From sequence record SRR31156797_4827: a stretch of 55,169 nt of DNA. One strand, 5' to 3'. Positions 24,305-38,861 of the stretch are shown here, in pieces. Position 1 is the first letter of the stretch. Every line of letters starts with the position of its first letter. Made by a program: the position numbers and the translations under genes. Under the pieces are notes generated by a model, which worked only from the letters and a program-made list of their open reading frames with translations, was not told where the DNA came from and searched no databases.

Positions 24305-25107
24305 GACAACGTGTAATCACTGCGGTCGTCGCATTAGCCTTTTTCCTGCCAATTATTTATGTTGGCGGCATTGCCGTCGAATTGCTGGCAGCAGCAATGG
24401 CAGGAATTGGTGTTTATGAATTATTTCGGATGAAAGGACTAGCTATTTTCAGTTTTGAAGGAATTCTTTCAATCCTCGGAGCGGTGATCTTAGTTTTGCC
24501 TCAAGAACGCTGGTTTTTCTTTTTGCCAGAGGGGACAGATAAAAGTGCCTTGTACTATCTGATCGTTCTTTTGTTACTAGGGATCGCGGTTATTTCGAAA
24601 AATACGTATACCATCGATGAAGCTGGGTTTCCGGTGATCGTTAGCTTATATACTGGTGTCGGGTTTGAACGTTTCTTGACGGCACGGTCAGCAACGGATG
24701 GATTAGTTGTTTTAGTTTTCGGGCTGTTTATCGTGTGGGCAACGGATATTGGGGCTTACATGGTGGGACGGCGTTACGGCCAACGAAAATTATGGCCGGA
24801 GATTTCTCCTAATAAAACCATCGAAGGGGCCCTAGGCGGGATTGCTGCTGCGGTGGTCGTAGCTGGTTTGTATCTATTAGCATTTCCTGGGAAAGATTAT
24901 TTTGGACACGGTAGTGCCATCATGATTTTATTGACGGTCCTCTTTTCGATCGCTGGGCAATTTGGTGATTTAGTGGAATCCGCGATCAAACGTCACTATG
25001 GCGTGAAGGATTCAGGGAATATCCTGCCAGGTCACGGAGGAATCTTAGATCGCTTCGATAGCATGTTGTTTGTGTTTCCAATCATGTATTTATTCGGTGT
25101 CTTTTAG
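24301..25107 (+). CDS. cdsA: Phosphatidate cytidylyltransferase
   Basis: SPNKTIEG, GDLVESAIKR, KDSG..LPGHGGILDRFD. Confidence 0.97.
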   Translation: MRQRVITAVVALAFFLPIIYVGGIAVELLAAAMAGIGVYELFRMKGLAIFSFEGILSILGAVILVLPQERWFFFLPEGTDKSALYYLIVLLLLGIAVISKNTYTIDEAGFPVIVSLYTGVGFERFLTARSATDGLVVLVFGLFIVWATDIGAYMVGRRYGQRKLWPEISPNKTIEGALGGIAAAVVVAGLYLLAFPGKDYFGHGSAIMILLTVLFSIAGQFGDLVESAIKRHYGVKDSGNILPGHGGILDRFDSMLFVFPIMYLFGVF

Positions 25108-25116
25108 AAAAGTTTT

Positions 25117-25150
25117 AAGAAGTGCAGGCTTGGCTTGCGCTTCTTTTTTT
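25117..25150 (+). terminator. Terminator after cdsA
   Basis: aagaagtgcaggc-ttg-gcttgcgcttctt followed by a T-run. Confidence 0.7.
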
Positions 25151-25257
25151 AAATTCTTGTTACAACGGGAATGTGAGTTCCTCAACGGGAACCGGTGTGA
25201 TAAAATAAGGAAAGGCTGCCCTGAATGAGAGGGATGCTGTGAAAGAGAGGAACGAGC

Positions 25258-28304
<3,047 letters not shown>

Positions 28305-28321
28305 ATCGGAACAAATGGTAG

Positions 28322-28352
28322 ATCGAGAGAGGAAATCCTTTCTCGATTTTTT
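28322..28352 (+). terminator. Terminator after proS
   Basis: atcgagagagga-aa-tcctttctcgat followed by a T-run. Confidence 0.7.
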
Positions 28353-28412
28353 AATGAAAGTGAAGACAAAAAGAGGTATACTAGTGAGTACTGAGAAAAG
28401 GAGGATCTTCAA

Positions 28413-31400
28413 TTGTCAAAAGAAAGAGAGACCTTTGAGATATTATTAGACCAAATTGCAGCTGCCCCAAATCTTCGGCAGCATCCGTTGATGCAGACTG
28501 CCCAAATCAGACAAGTAACCGTGCATCGACAATCAAAAGCGTGGACGTTTTATTTCCAATTTGAACGTTTATTACCGGTGATGGTGTATCAATCCTTTAA
28601 ACAACACATTGAACTAGCGTTTAAAGAGATCGCGGAAGTTCGCATTGTCATTGAAGCTCAAGATGGTTCCTTCGATGAGCAGTTCATTCAAGAATACTGG
28701 CCATTAGCGTTAGCCAATCAAAATTGTGATCGGCCGTTAGTTCATCAAGTGATTAAAAATCAAATGCCTATGATTCAAGAGAACAAAGTGATTTTACCCG
28801 TCAACAATGATGCGGTCATCACGATTTTGCAGCAACAGTACTTACCGATCATTGAGGAAAATTATGGGACTTTCGGGTTTCAAAAATTTCGGATCTTGCC
28901 GCAGCTAGACAAAGAACAGGCTGAGGCAGCCTTGAAAGAACTTGAAGCACGAAAAGAAGAACAAACGGCAGCCTTCCAATTGCAAGCCGCTGAGAACTTA
29001 ATGGCCCACGAGCAACGCAAAAAAGAAGTCAAAACAGTCGAATTTGACGGACCAATTGCCTTGGGACGTAATATTCCTGCCGATGAACCTGTGACACCGA
29101 TGATCAATATCATTGAGGAAGAACGCAGAGTTACGATCCAAGGGTATGTCTTTGATAAAGAAGTTCGAGAATTGCGTTCAAAACGGAAGATTTTGATTTT
29201 GAAAATCACCGACTATACGTCGTCGTTTAGTGTGAAAAAATTCTCCAATAATGAAAAAGATGAACAAGTCTTTGATGCCATTGCTAAAGGTAGTTGGGTC
29301 AAAGTGCGTGGTAGTGTTCAAGAAGATACTTTTATGCGAGATCTCGTTATGAATGCGCAAGATTTGCTGGAAGTCAAACACGAGGCCCGCAAAGATTATG
29401 CACCTGAAGGCGAAAAACGGGTCGAACTTCACCTGCATTCTAATATGAGTACGATGGATGCAACCAACAATGTGGCAGACTTTGTCGCTCAAGCTGGCAA
29501 GTGGGGCCATAAGGCGATTGCGATCACCGATCATGGTGGCGCACAAGGGTTTCCTGATGCCCATCACGCCGGAGAAAAAGCCGGGGTAAAAATTCTTTAC
29601 GGTGTGGAAGCCAATATCGTGGATGACGGGGTAGCGGTTGCCTATAATCCGAAGCCTGTCCCACTGACTGATGCCACTTATATCGTGTTTGACGTGGAGA
29701 CCACCGGATTGTCTGCAGTGTACGACACCATCATTGAATTGGCCGCTGTGCGGATGCATAAAGGCAACGTGGAAGGCTCCTTTGATGAATTCATCGATCC
29801 TGGCCATCCTTTATCACGAACGACCGTAGAATTGACGGGGATCACCGATGAAATGGTTCGGGGGTCAAAATCGGAAGAAGAAGTCTTACGTTTGTTCCGT
29901 GAGTTTTCTGAAGGAGCCATTCTAGTTGCCCACAATGCGTCATTTGATATGGGCTTCTTAAATACAAGTTATCGAAAATACGGTATTCCAGAAGCAGAAA
30001 ATCCCGTCATTGATACATTGGAACTCGCTCGTTATTTGTATCCAGAGTTTAAGCGATTCGGTTTAGGTGTCCTTTCCAAAAAATTCGGCGTTAGTTTGGA
30101 GCAACATCACCGAGCGATCTACGATGCCGAGGCAACCGGTCATTTAGCGTGGATCTTTGTCAAAGAAGCGATGGAAAAACATGACATGCTGCTGCACGAA
30201 GATTTGAACCGACACGTTGGGGGCGAGAACTCCTATAAAGCAGCTCGGCCTTTCCATGCCACGATCTTAGCCCGAACACAGGCGGGATTGAAGAATTTAT
30301 TCAAGCTGATCTCGATGTCGAATGTGAAGTACTTCCATGATAAAGTCCCGCGGATCCCGCGCTCAGAATTGGTGAAATTGCGGGAAGGATTGTTAGTCGG
30401 AACCGCTTGTGATAAAGGGGAAGTCTTTGTCGCAATGATGCAAAAAGGGGTCGATGCAGCGCGGGAACTTGCTAAGTTTTATGACTATATCGAAGTCATG
30501 CCCAAAGCAGTTTATGCCCATCTCTTAGAAACGGAGCTCGTGAAAAGTGAAAAAGACCTAGAAGACATTATTCGGAATTTGATCCAAATGGGTGAAGAGT
30601 TAGGAAAAATCGTTGTTGCTACTGGGAATGCCCACTACCTGAACGAAGAAGATGCCATTTATCGTAAGGTCTTGATCAATTCGATGGGGGGCGCCAATCC
30701 CTTGAATCGGCATAGTTTACCGGATGTACACTTCCGAACAACCGATGAGATGCTGACCGCTTTTCAGTTTTTAGGTCCAGAAGTAGCGAAAGAAATTGTG
30801 GTGACGAACCCAAATAAAATCGCTGATCTCTGTGAAAAAGTCATTCCGGTAAAAGATGATCTGTATACACCAAAGATTCCCGGATCTGAACAAGAGATCA
30901 CCGACTTGAGTTACAACCGTGCCAAAGAGCTATACGGTGATCCATTACCAGAAATTGTGGAAAAACGTTTGAAAAAAGAGCTTGATTCGATCATTGGGAA
31001 TGGGTTTTCCGTGATCTATTTGATCTCACAAAAACTGGTTCATAAAAGCAATCAAGACGGCTACTTAGTAGGGTCACGGGGATCAGTCGGTTCTAGTTTC
31101 GTAGCAACGATGACTGGGATCACTGAGGTCAATCCATTAGCCCCTCATTATTATTGTCCCGATTGCCAGTATTCTGAGTTTTACGAAGACGGCTCGTATG
31201 GTTCTGGTTATGATATGCCAGAGAAAAAATGTCCAAAATGCGGCACACGTCTGAACAAAGATGGCCATGATATTCCTTTTGAAACCTTCCTTGGTTTCCA
31301 TGGCGATAAAGTCCCCGATATCGATTTGAACTTCTCTGGGGAATATCAGCCAGAGGCCCATAACTATACGAAAGTGCTCTTCGGCGAAGAATATGTCTAT

Positions 31401-32762
31401 CGTGCCGGAACGATCGGTACAGTAGCCGATAAAACAGCCTTCGGTTTCGTAAAAGGCTTTGAGCGCGATCATAATCTCCATTATCGAGCAGCTGAAGTCG
31501 ATCGATTGGCTAAGGGTGCAACTGGCGTCAAACGGACAACTGGTCAGCATCCGGGGGGAATCATCGTTATTCCAGACTATATGGATGTCTATGATTTCAC
31601 GCCGATTCAATACCCAGCAGATGATCAAAATTCAGAATGGAAAACGACCCACTTTGATTTCCATTCCATTCATGACAATATTTTAAAACTGGATATCCTG
31701 GGACACGATGACCCAACGGTGATTCGGATGCTGCAGGATTTATCAGGAATCGATCCTAAAACGATCCCCACGGATGATCCGGAAGTGATGCGTATTTTTG
31801 GTGGTACGGACGTGCTAGGTGTGACTGAAGAGCAGATCTACTCAAAAACAGGTACATTAGGCATCCCAGAATTTGGGACCCGATTTGTGCGGGGGATGTT
31901 GGATCAAACCCATCCATCGACGTTTGCAGAGCTTTTGCAGATCTCTGGTCTTTCCCATGGTACCGATGTATGGTTGGGCAATGCCGAAGAACTGATTCGT
32001 CGCGGAGATGCCAGTCTAGCAGAAGTAATCGGCTGTCGGGATGATATCATGGTGTACTTGATCCATGCTGGCTTAGATGACGGGATGGCCTTTAAAATCA
32101 TGGAGACGGTTCGTAAAGGGCAATGGAACAAGATCCCTGACGACTTGCGGGACACTTACTTGCAAGCGATGCGGGAGAACAATGTCCCTGAATGGTATAT
32201 CGATTCTTGTTCGAAGATCAAGTATATGTTCCCGAAAGCCCATGCGGCGGCGTATGTTTTGATGGCGTTGCGGGTGGCTTACTTTAAAGTGTACTTCCCA
32301 ATTCTCTATTACTGTGCTTATTTCTCTGTCCGGGCGGATGATTTTGATTTGATTGCCATGTCAAAAGGAAAAGACGCCGTAAAAGAACGGATGCAAGAAA
32401 TCACTGACAAAGGATTGGATGCGTCAACGAAAGAAAAGAATCTGTTAACCGTTCTGGAGTTAGCCAATGAAATGTTAGAGCGCGGTTATGAATTTGGGAT
32501 GATCGATCTGTATAAATCGGATGCGGAAAACTTCGTGATCGACGGAAAAAAATTGATCGCACCATTTCGAGCAGTGCCGAGTTTGGGACTAAACGTAGCG
32601 AAACAAATCGTGGAAGCACGGAAAAATGGTCCTTTCTTATCGAAAGAAGATCTCGCCAATCGCGGGAAAGTTTCTAAGACTTTGATTGAATACATGACGG
32701 ATAACGGTGTTCTTAAAGATTTACCTGATGAAAATCAGTTATCGTTGTTTGATATGTTGTAA
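28413..32762 (+). CDS. polC: DNA polymerase III PolC
   Basis: PHP ELHLHS, exonuclease DVETTG/HNASFD/HRA..D, GSRGS, PDIDLNF, Zn-finger Cys pairs; TTG start. Confidence 0.99.
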   Translation: MSKERETFEILLDQIAAAPNLRQHPLMQTAQIRQVTVHRQSKAWTFYFQFERLLPVMVYQSFKQHIELAFKEIAEVRIVIEAQDGSFDEQFIQEYWPLALANQNCDRPLVHQVIKNQMPMIQENKVILPVNNDAVITILQQQYLPIIEENYGTFGFQKFRILPQLDKEQAEAALKELEARKEEQTAAFQLQAAENLMAHEQRKKEVKTVEFDGPIALGRNIPADEPVTPMINIIEEERRVTIQGYVFDKEVRELRSKRKILILKITDYTSSFSVKKFSNNEKDEQVFDAIAKGSWVKVRGSVQEDTFMRDLVMNAQDLLEVKHEARKDYAPEGEKRVELHLHSNMSTMDATNNVADFVAQAGKWGHKAIAITDHGGAQGFPDAHHAGEKAGVKILYGVEANIVDDGVAVAYNPKPVPLTDATYIVFDVETTGLSAVYDTIIELAAVRMHKGNVEGSFDEFIDPGHPLSRTTVELTGITDEMVRGSKSEEEVLRLFREFSEGAILVAHNASFDMGFLNTSYRKYGIPEAENPVIDTLELARYLYPEFKRFGLGVLSKKFGVSLEQHHRAIYDAEATGHLAWIFVKEAMEKHDMLLHEDLNRHVGGENSYKAARPFHATILARTQAGLKNLFKLISMSNVKYFHDKVPRIPRSELVKLREGLLVGTACDKGEVFVAMMQKGVDAARELAKFYDYIEVMPKAVYAHLLETELVKSEKDLEDIIRNLIQMGEELGKIVVATGNAHYLNEEDAIYRKVLINSMGGANPLNRHSLPDVHFRTTDEMLTAFQFLGPEVAKEIVVTNPNKIADLCEKVIPVKDDLYTPKIPGSEQEITDLSYNRAKELYGDPLPEIVEKRLKKELDSIIGNGFSVIYLISQKLVHKSNQDGYLVGSRGSVGSSFVATMTGITEVNPLAPHYYCPDCQYSEFYEDGSYGSGYDMPEKKCPKCGTRLNKDGHDIPFETFLGFHGDKVPDIDLNFSGEYQPEAHNYTKVLFGEEYVYRAGTIGTVADKTAFGFVKGFERDHNLHYRAAEVDRLAKGATGVKRTTGQHPGGIIVIPDYMDVYDFTPIQYPADDQNSEWKTTHFDFHSIHDNILKLDILGHDDPTVIRMLQDLSGIDPKTIPTDDPEVMRIFGGTDVLGVTEEQIYSKTGTLGIPEFGTRFVRGMLDQTHPSTFAELLQISGLSHGTDVWLGNAEELIRRGDASLAEVIGCRDDIMVYLIHAGLDDGMAFKIMETVRKGQWNKIPDDLRDTYLQAMRENNVPEWYIDSCSKIKYMFPKAHAAAYVLMALRVAYFKVYFPILYYCAYFSVRADDFDLIAMSKGKDAVKERMQEITDKGLDASTKEKNLLTVLELANEMLERGYEFGMIDLYKSDAENFVIDGKKLIAPFRAVPSLGLNVAKQIVEARKNGPFLSKEDLANRGKVSKTLIEYMTDNGVLKDLPDENQLSLFDML

Positions 32763-32793
32763 ACCACCGGCTGTTCACTTAAGATAAAAAATA

Positions 32794-32846
32794 AGCACAT
32801 CATCATAATGGCTAGTATAGCTAGTTTCTGCATGATGTGCTTTTTT
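32794..32846 (+). terminator. Terminator after polC
   Basis: aagcacatcat ... atgatgtgctt followed by a T-run. Confidence 0.7.
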
Positions 32847-32976
32847 GTCTTGTTTGTGAAATCGATCTAAGCAGCCACAATCTGACGAAAATCAGAAAGA
32901 TCGTGGTCTATTGTGGGAAATCATAGGGGCCAGCCTTGGTAGCGAATCAATCGAACCTTTACCATACAAAGAGGAG

Positions 32977-33027
32977 AAAAATACTCGTTACCGAAAGAAG
33001 CGAATGCCTTTGGTAACGAGTATTTTT
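32977..33027 (-). terminator. Terminator of the AEC transporter gene
   Basis: aaaaatactcgttaccgaag-type arm pairing with ctttggtaacgagtattttt, 20 nt past the minus-strand stop. Confidence 0.75.
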
Positions 33028-33047
33028 CGACAAAGTTCGTTAAATAG

Positions 33048-33989
33048 CTAAAAAAAGAAAAAAAGCAAAACAGGCAAATACACCATGTACAGTAAGACGG
33101 AATAGCCTAAACATGAAGTTGCAAATTCTTCATCCCCTTGGTAGTTTCGTACAAGGATCGGGACAGAGTTTTGGACGGGCATAGAGGCTTGAATAATAAA
33201 CACAGAAAGCATCAATTCAGGAACAGGGATGATTCTGCTTAACAGCCACACAACGAGGGGCGAAAGAACGAAACGACCAAACAAGACACCGACAATGTCT
33301 TTCGTCATTCGCAAATTTTTGAGTCCCCCAAAGTAGACGATGATTCCGATAATAAACATTGATAAGGGTGTCGTCAAATCTGCTAGATAGCTTCCAAGGC
33401 CATCAACAAATGAGGGCAGCGGTAAGGTGAATAGCATCCAGATCAAACCGATGATGAAACCAATCAAGGCTGGTGAAAAAATCTTTTTTAGCATGACCAA
33501 TGGATGAAAGGAAATCCGGGCTTCACCAAAATCAGGATTGTCTTTTGCTAACTCAAAAATACCGATGGTCCAAAATAATGTCGTATTTACAATATAGTAC
33601 AACAACACATAAGGAACGGCTTTTTCACCAAAAATAGCTAAATTGATCGGTAAGCCGATGAAGATCGTATTGGAAAAGGTAAACATGGCGGAAAATGCGC
33701 CTTGGTGTTTGGCTTCAACTTGCGCGAAACGTCGCCATAAATAACCAGCGAAGTAAGTGATCATCATGGAAAGTAATGGGATGATCATCCCCGAAACCAA
33801 TGAAAGAAATTCATCTTTCGTAAAGTTTTTAATAATCGTTAAAAACATATTGGCTGGTAATGAGACATTTAATACCAATTTTGAAAACGTATCGGCGGTT
33901 CGATTAGAAAACCATTGTTTGTAAGACAACCAATAACCGATAAACATGAGACTGAAAATGACAAAAATATTGATATATGCTTGAAACAT
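33048..33989 (-). CDS. AEC (auxin efflux carrier/malate permease-like) family transporter
   Basis: FSNTIFIGLP, TTPLSMFIIG, QASMP motifs; ~10 TM segments; gaggtg RBS before ATG 33989. Confidence 0.88.
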   Translation of the reverse strand: MFQAYINIFVIFSLMFIGYWLSYKQWFSNRTADTFSKLVLNVSLPANMFLTIIKNFTKDEFLSLVSGMIIPLLSMMITYFAGYLWRRFAQVEAKHQGAFSAMFTFSNTIFIGLPINLAIFGEKAVPYVLLYYIVNTTLFWTIGIFELAKDNPDFGEARISFHPLVMLKKIFSPALIGFIIGLIWMLFTLPLPSFVDGLGSYLADLTTPLSMFIIGIIVYFGGLKNLRMTKDIVGVLFGRFVLSPLVVWLLSRIIPVPELMLSVFIIQASMPVQNSVPILVRNYQGDEEFATSCLGYSVLLYMVYLPVLLFFFF

Positions 33990-34098
33990 GTGCTCACCTC
34001 TCATTTACTATAGCGAAAGGCAGAAGAAGAAGCAACTGATTCCCATTTGAAAACAACAAAAAACCAAACCACTCATTGAGCGATTTGGTCAAGAATTA

Positions 34099-35025
34099 CT
34101 AACGTTGCTGCTTGCCTGCGTTACGACCTTTTCCATTAGGCTTTGTGGTGTTCAACGCTTTTTTGACAGCTTCTGTTTTTTCAGGAGTTACATCTTTGCG
34201 AGGCGTAACCACCGTTTTTGGCGGATTGGCTTTCATTTCTGCTTCGACTTGGGCACGAATTTTTGGTTTCATGATGACATTCGTGATAAATGTTTGGATA
34301 CAACTGAAGACCCCACCGACTACCCAATAAAGCGTCACACCAGCTGGTGCACTCATTGACATGAAAACGATCATCAATGGAGAAACGATCAACATGGTTT
34401 TCATCGTTTTTTTCTGTTCTTCCGGAATCCCAATGGTTGAGATGTATCCTTGTGCCAGGTAGGAAATACCAGCAATCGCTACAAAGAGGATGCTGGGGTC
34501 ACCTAATGATACGCCAAAGAACTCAGAGTTTTGGATTCCTTGTGTGTAACGGGCGGTGAAGTAGAGGGCAGAGAAGATCGGCATCTGAATCAGTAAAGGC
34601 AAACAACCGATACCGCCAAACATACTGACGTTGTTTTCAGAATAGATTTTTTGCATCTCCGCTTGCGCTTGCATTTGTTCTTCCCGAGTGGTTGCTTTCT
34701 TCAAATTGGCTTGCGCAATATCCACTTGAGGTTTCAGAAACTGCATTTTTTCACTTTGAATCATCGTTTTTCGAGACTGATGGATCCCTAATGGTAAGAT
34801 AATGACGCGGACAACGATCGTTACGGCGATGATCGCCCAGCCGTAAGACCAGTTGAAGTTTTCAACGAGCATCGTGATCATATCACCTAAAGGTTTCACC
34901 AAAAAGCGATAAATCATTCCTGTTTCTTTCGGCGTACCATCAGCATTGGTACTGACACAGCCTGATAATGCTAATAACAGGCCAAATAATCCTGATGAAA
35001 GCAACCATTTATTCATTTTAGACAT
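34099..35025 (-). CDS. yidC: Membrane protein insertase YidC
   Basis: Lipobox LSGC, GWAII...VR..ILPL, GCLPLLIQMPI, LYW. Confidence 0.95.
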   Translation of the reverse strand: MSKMNKWLLSSGLFGLLLALSGCVSTNADGTPKETGMIYRFLVKPLGDMITMLVENFNWSYGWAIIAVTIVVRVIILPLGIHQSRKTMIQSEKMQFLKPQVDIAQANLKKATTREEQMQAQAEMQKIYSENNVSMFGGIGCLPLLIQMPIFSALYFTARYTQGIQNSEFFGVSLGDPSILFVAIAGISYLAQGYISTIGIPEEQKKTMKTMLIVSPLMIVFMSMSAPAGVTLYWVVGGVFSCIQTFITNVIMKPKIRAQVEAEMKANPPKTVVTPRKDVTPEKTEAVKKALNTTKPNGKGRNAGKQQR

Positions 35026-35149
35026 TCTATTCTTCCTCTTCACAATAAATTTAGACAAAAATAACTATACTAAAAAAGACCGACTATTTCAATGTACAAA
35101 GAGAAATTCATTGAAAAATCAATCTTTCGACTTAGAAAACATTCAATTA

Positions 35150-35428
35150 TCAATAATAGACTACATCAAAGCTAGTACGTTCTTTAATGGTATCGTCTGG
35201 TTGGATGTCGATTTGGTTCACTTTTCCAGCGGGAGAAGGAGAATCTTTCACTCCGGCAACAAAGGCATCGATGATTTTTTCATCTCCCATCGCTTCAATC
35301 GAAACAGAACCATCTGCCTCATTTTTTACAGATCCTGTGACCCCTAATTGATCGGCAAGCATTTTCGTGGTATAACGAAAGCCGACACCTTGGACACGCC
35401 CTTGAACATGGATTCGTAGTTTCTTCAT
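35150..35428 (-). CDS. acyP: Acylphosphatase
   Basis: VQGRVQGVGFR, GSVKN..DGSV. Confidence 0.95.
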   Translation of the reverse strand: MKKLRIHVQGRVQGVGFRYTTKMLADQLGVTGSVKNEADGSVSIEAMGDEKIIDAFVAGVKDSPSPAGKVNQIDIQPDDTIKERTSFDVVYY

Positions 35429-35523
35429 GGACAATCCCTCCTCTGCTTATAATGATAGCGTTTTTTCAGTAAAAGAACAAGTTAGATCGATTGACTCATG
35501 CTATAATAAATCGAGGTGACCAC

Positions 35524-36285
35524 ATGAAAGAAATTCAATCGAAAAAAAATACCTTTATCAAGGAAATCAAAAAACTAACACAAAAAAAACACCGTACACA
35601 GACCAATACGTATTTGATCGATGGCTGGCATTTAGTGCAAGAAGCGCTGCAGGCCAAAGTACCTATCAAAGCGTTGTTGGTGACACCGCGAGGGTTAAGT
35701 GAAGCCAACGGGCAGCTCGATGATTATCAGGAAGAAAGCTATTTGATCACAGAGGAGATCGCAGCGATGCTTTCTGATTTACCAACACCACAAGGAATTT
35801 TTGCCGTGGTGGAAAAGCAAGAGCAAAACTTACAGACACTGACGGGTAATTGGTTGATTTTAGATAATGTGCAAGATCCCGGGAACGTTGGTACCATGCT
35901 TCGAACAGCGGATGCTGCTGGATTTAGCGGGGTGTTTCTCGGCGAAGGAACAGCAGATCTTTACAGCACAAAAGTCTTGCGCAGCATGCAAGGAAGCAAC
36001 TATCATTTACCGATTTTAGAAGGAGCGATCCCGCCATTTCTAAAGCAGCTACGCTCAGCTGGCGTGACGATTTATGGCACCGAATTAAATAAAGAAGCCG
36101 TTCCTTATACCGAGCTTCCTAAAGAACAAACAGCTGCCTTCATTTTAGGTAACGAGGGACAAGGGGTTCACCCAGAACTGTTGGCTTTGACTGACAAAAA
36201 TGTGTATATTCCCATCTATGGTCAGGCGGAATCATTGAACGTCGCCATTGCAGCCGGAATTTTGATGTATTTTTCTGTCAGTTAG
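35524..36285 (+). CDS. TrmH/SpoU family RNA methyltransferase
   Basis: LDNVQDPGNVGTMLRTA, GNEGQG, ESLNVAIA. Confidence 0.93.
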   Translation: MKEIQSKKNTFIKEIKKLTQKKHRTQTNTYLIDGWHLVQEALQAKVPIKALLVTPRGLSEANGQLDDYQEESYLITEEIAAMLSDLPTPQGIFAVVEKQEQNLQTLTGNWLILDNVQDPGNVGTMLRTADAAGFSGVFLGEGTADLYSTKVLRSMQGSNYHLPILEGAIPPFLKQLRSAGVTIYGTELNKEAVPYTELPKEQTAAFILGNEGQGVHPELLALTDKNVYIPIYGQAESLNVAIAAGILMYFSVS

Positions 36286-36409
36286 ATTTTTAAGGAACTG
36301 TTAAACTATTTGAATCTATTGCACCTCACCTAGAATCTTCGATGAATAGGTGCTATACTTTGTCTTGTAACAATCAAGCAGATCAAAAAAAGGTGGCAGA
36401 CAAAAATTT

Positions 36410-36919
36410 ATGACAGAAAAATGGCAAGAAGATAGCGAATATATGTCTTACGTGGCTGACCTGTTAGAAACAGAAGCTGTAAAAAAATTAGCCAACTTTG
36501 TGCAGCATATGAACTCCACACGTTTGGAACATTCGATCAGCGTCTCTTATTATAGTTACAAATTGGCCAAGAAATGGGGCGGCGATGCTCGTGCAACAGC
36601 TCGTGCAGGACTCCTTCATGATTTATTCTACTATGACTGGCGTACCACAAAGTTTGATGAAGGTACCCATGCGTATATGCATCCACGAATTGCAGTAAAA
36701 AATGCTGAAAAAATCACTGAACTAAGTGATCTAGAAAAAGATATCATCTTGAAACATATGTGGGGAGCAACGATTGCGCCGCCACGTTATAAAGAAAGCT
36801 ATATTGTCACAATGGTTGACAAATATTGTGCGATCAAAGAAGCATCAGAACCACTTACAGAAAGTATGAAAGAAAAATGGCAACAACGTTTCTGGAAGAA
36901 ACATCGTACGATTCAATAA
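36410..36919 (+). CDS. HD domain phosphohydrolase
   Basis: RLEHS, GLLHDLFYYDW, HP, HMW, DK. Confidence 0.88.
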   Translation: MTEKWQEDSEYMSYVADLLETEAVKKLANFVQHMNSTRLEHSISVSYYSYKLAKKWGGDARATARAGLLHDLFYYDWRTTKFDEGTHAYMHPRIAVKNAEKITELSDLEKDIILKHMWGATIAPPRYKESYIVTMVDKYCAIKEASEPLTESMKEKWQQRFWKKHRTIQ

Positions 36920-36920
36920 G

Positions 36921-36961
36921 AAAAAAGTTCTTCGAACCAGCCGGTTCAAAGAACTTTTTTT
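36921..36961. terminator. Bidirectional terminator
   Basis: aaaaaagttcttcgaacc-agcc-ggttcaaagaactttttt between convergent genes. Confidence 0.8.
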
Positions 36962-36967
36962 GTTTGC

Positions 36968-38167
36968 TTAGCCAAAAATAAGTTGGAGGATCGCTGCGCC
37001 TACATAAAGGATCAGTAAGGTGATCAATACCGTTAAGTGTCGTCTTTTGTGCATAAAAAGGATCGCTACGAATTCTCGTAAGAAGGCATTTGGTAAATAG
37101 TAAAAGGCGGTGGGTGCTCCGATACCATCCGCTTTAAGTTGTGCTTGATCTGCATAGAGACCGGCACGAAAAATATGGTAATTGTTGGAGGAAAAAATAA
37201 CTTTGTAGCCATTTGGCTTTAAGGAATCCATGATTTCTTTCGAAAACTTCATGTTTTCATAAGTAGTCGTGGAATTTGTTTCTACTAAAATCTCTCCTTC
37301 GGGCACTCCTTGCGCAACTGCATATTCTTTCATCGCGACAGCTTCTGGCAGCTTTTCATCGCTTCCTTGGCCGCCTGACATCAGTAACCGAGGAGCGGTT
37401 TTTTTCGCTTTAAATTGCGCTTCGTAGAACGAGATTGCTTTATTGATACGCTTGGCCAATAAAGGGGAGACCGTGGTGCCATTCAAAAGACCTGCTCCTA
37501 AGACGATGATAAAATCTTGATTGTAACGAGGATGATTGAACTGATAAATGACTGAAATCGATAAAAAGTTCAAAAAGACCACAAATAGATACATCAGACT
37601 TAGGGGAACAACGCCGAATAAGGTTCGGATCCAATCCGGGAAAAAGTGCAAAAGGGTATCTGAAAATAATAAAACGGTCAAAACCACTGCTAAGATCAGG
37701 GTCAATAGATTGGCGATTGATCGCGACTCTCTTCGTAAAACAATAATGGAATTCCAGTAAAGAAAGACCACGAGAATGGCTAAGCCGAATAATAATACAG
37801 CAAAGAAGATCGCTAGCAAAACAGCCAATAGACCACCTACAAGAATATCTTGTGTTCGGTATAGATTAATGACTAGGTAGCCACCAAATGCTAAGACAAA
37901 CAAATTAAAGAGCAAGCCATTTACGAGTCGGTGCTTGTTGCGCCGATAAGAAAATAAAAAAAGGCCGGCGAAGGCGACTGGTATTAGAATAAAGAAACTG
38001 CCTGTCCGTAATTCTGAGACGGCTAAATAAATCAGCAGGGCTAAAATCGTCCAACAGCACTCAAAAAAGAAAATATCTGGCTCATCTTTACTCTTGCGCC
38101 ACTTTTGAACGACGATCACACCCGTCAAATAGCTGATGGCAAAAATCAGCAATTGCGTAAAATCCAT
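36968..38167 (-). CDS. Membrane protein with YdcF/DUF218 domain
   Basis: IIVLGAG, SGGQGSDE..EA, STTTYEN, YHIFRA, RE; multi-TM N-terminus; ATG 38167 fits the aaggag RBS. Confidence 0.88.
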   Translation of the reverse strand: MDFTQLLIFAISYLTGVIVVQKWRKSKDEPDIFFFECCWTILALLIYLAVSELRTGSFFILIPVAFAGLFLFSYRRNKHRLVNGLLFNLFVLAFGGYLVINLYRTQDILVGGLLAVLLAIFFAVLLFGLAILVVFLYWNSIIVLRRESRSIANLLTLILAVVLTVLLFSDTLLHFFPDWIRTLFGVVPLSLMYLFVVFLNFLSISVIYQFNHPRYNQDFIIVLGAGLLNGTTVSPLLAKRINKAISFYEAQFKAKKTAPRLLMSGGQGSDEKLPEAVAMKEYAVAQGVPEGEILVETNSTTTYENMKFSKEIMDSLKPNGYKVIFSSNNYHIFRAGLYADQAQLKADGIGAPTAFYYLPNAFLREFVAILFMHKRRHLTVLITLLILYVGAAILQLIFG

Positions 38168-38291
38168 GTTTTTCACTCCTTTAACGATACACCTAGTATA
38201 CCGAAAAATGACAAAAATTACTTGTTGCTAAGGTCAAAGTTGCTGAATTTCTTGCAATTCGCTAAAATGAAGAAAAGAAGGAGGAAGGAAC

Positions 38292-38804
38292 ATGCAATTA
38301 GGTGAAGTGATTCGCGTTGAACGGCCCGCTTTTTATGTGATCGGAAAAGAAGGCAAGGGATTAGCGGAAGAAGGAGCTTCTTGGGTACCAGCGCTATGGG
38401 AACTTGCAACAAAGGATTTTGAAGAGATCGAATTTCTAGTGAGCGATCAAAAGGCAGAAGAACTGGAATTTTGGGGCTTAATGAGTGATGGCACTAATTG
38501 GTTAGAGCCTTGGCAAGAAACCGGCCGTTATTTGGCAGGCGTTCAAGTCCATACAGAAAATTTTCCTCCCGTCGGTTGGGTCCGTTGGGAAATGCCCGCA
38601 ATGACCTATCTCGTTGTAAAAACGGATGAAAAAAACTTGACCATGATGACTGAAAAAATGTTGATGGAAGTTTTACCAGAAAATAACGTCCACTTGTCAG
38701 CAGCGATCCAAGAAAGATATCTTCCTCATTTTAAAGAAGGGGAAGTTGAATTGTTTTTCCCTGTTGAGCCTTTGGCAGCAGCAACGGTGGAAACGGTAGA
38801 ATAA
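38292..38804 (+). CDS. GyrI-like small-molecule-binding protein
   Basis: FYVIGKEG...W..LW, YLAGV, ERY....ELFFPV pattern. Confidence 0.65.
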   Translation: MQLGEVIRVERPAFYVIGKEGKGLAEEGASWVPALWELATKDFEEIEFLVSDQKAEELEFWGLMSDGTNWLEPWQETGRYLAGVQVHTENFPPVGWVRWEMPAMTYLVVKTDEKNLTMMTEKMLMEVLPENNVHLSAAIQERYLPHFKEGEVELFFPVEPLAAATVETVE

Positions 38805-38849
38805 AAAAAATCTGTCCGAGAAGCAATCTTTGCTCAGGACAGATTTTTT
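38804..38849. terminator. Bidirectional terminator
   Basis: aaaaaatctgtcc ... ggacagatttttt between convergent genes. Confidence 0.8.
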
Positions 38850-38861
38850 CTTTGGTTTGGA

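Noticed and set aside
29178-29807. 209-aa antisense ORF in polC
   Set aside because: Shadow frame of a conserved essential gene
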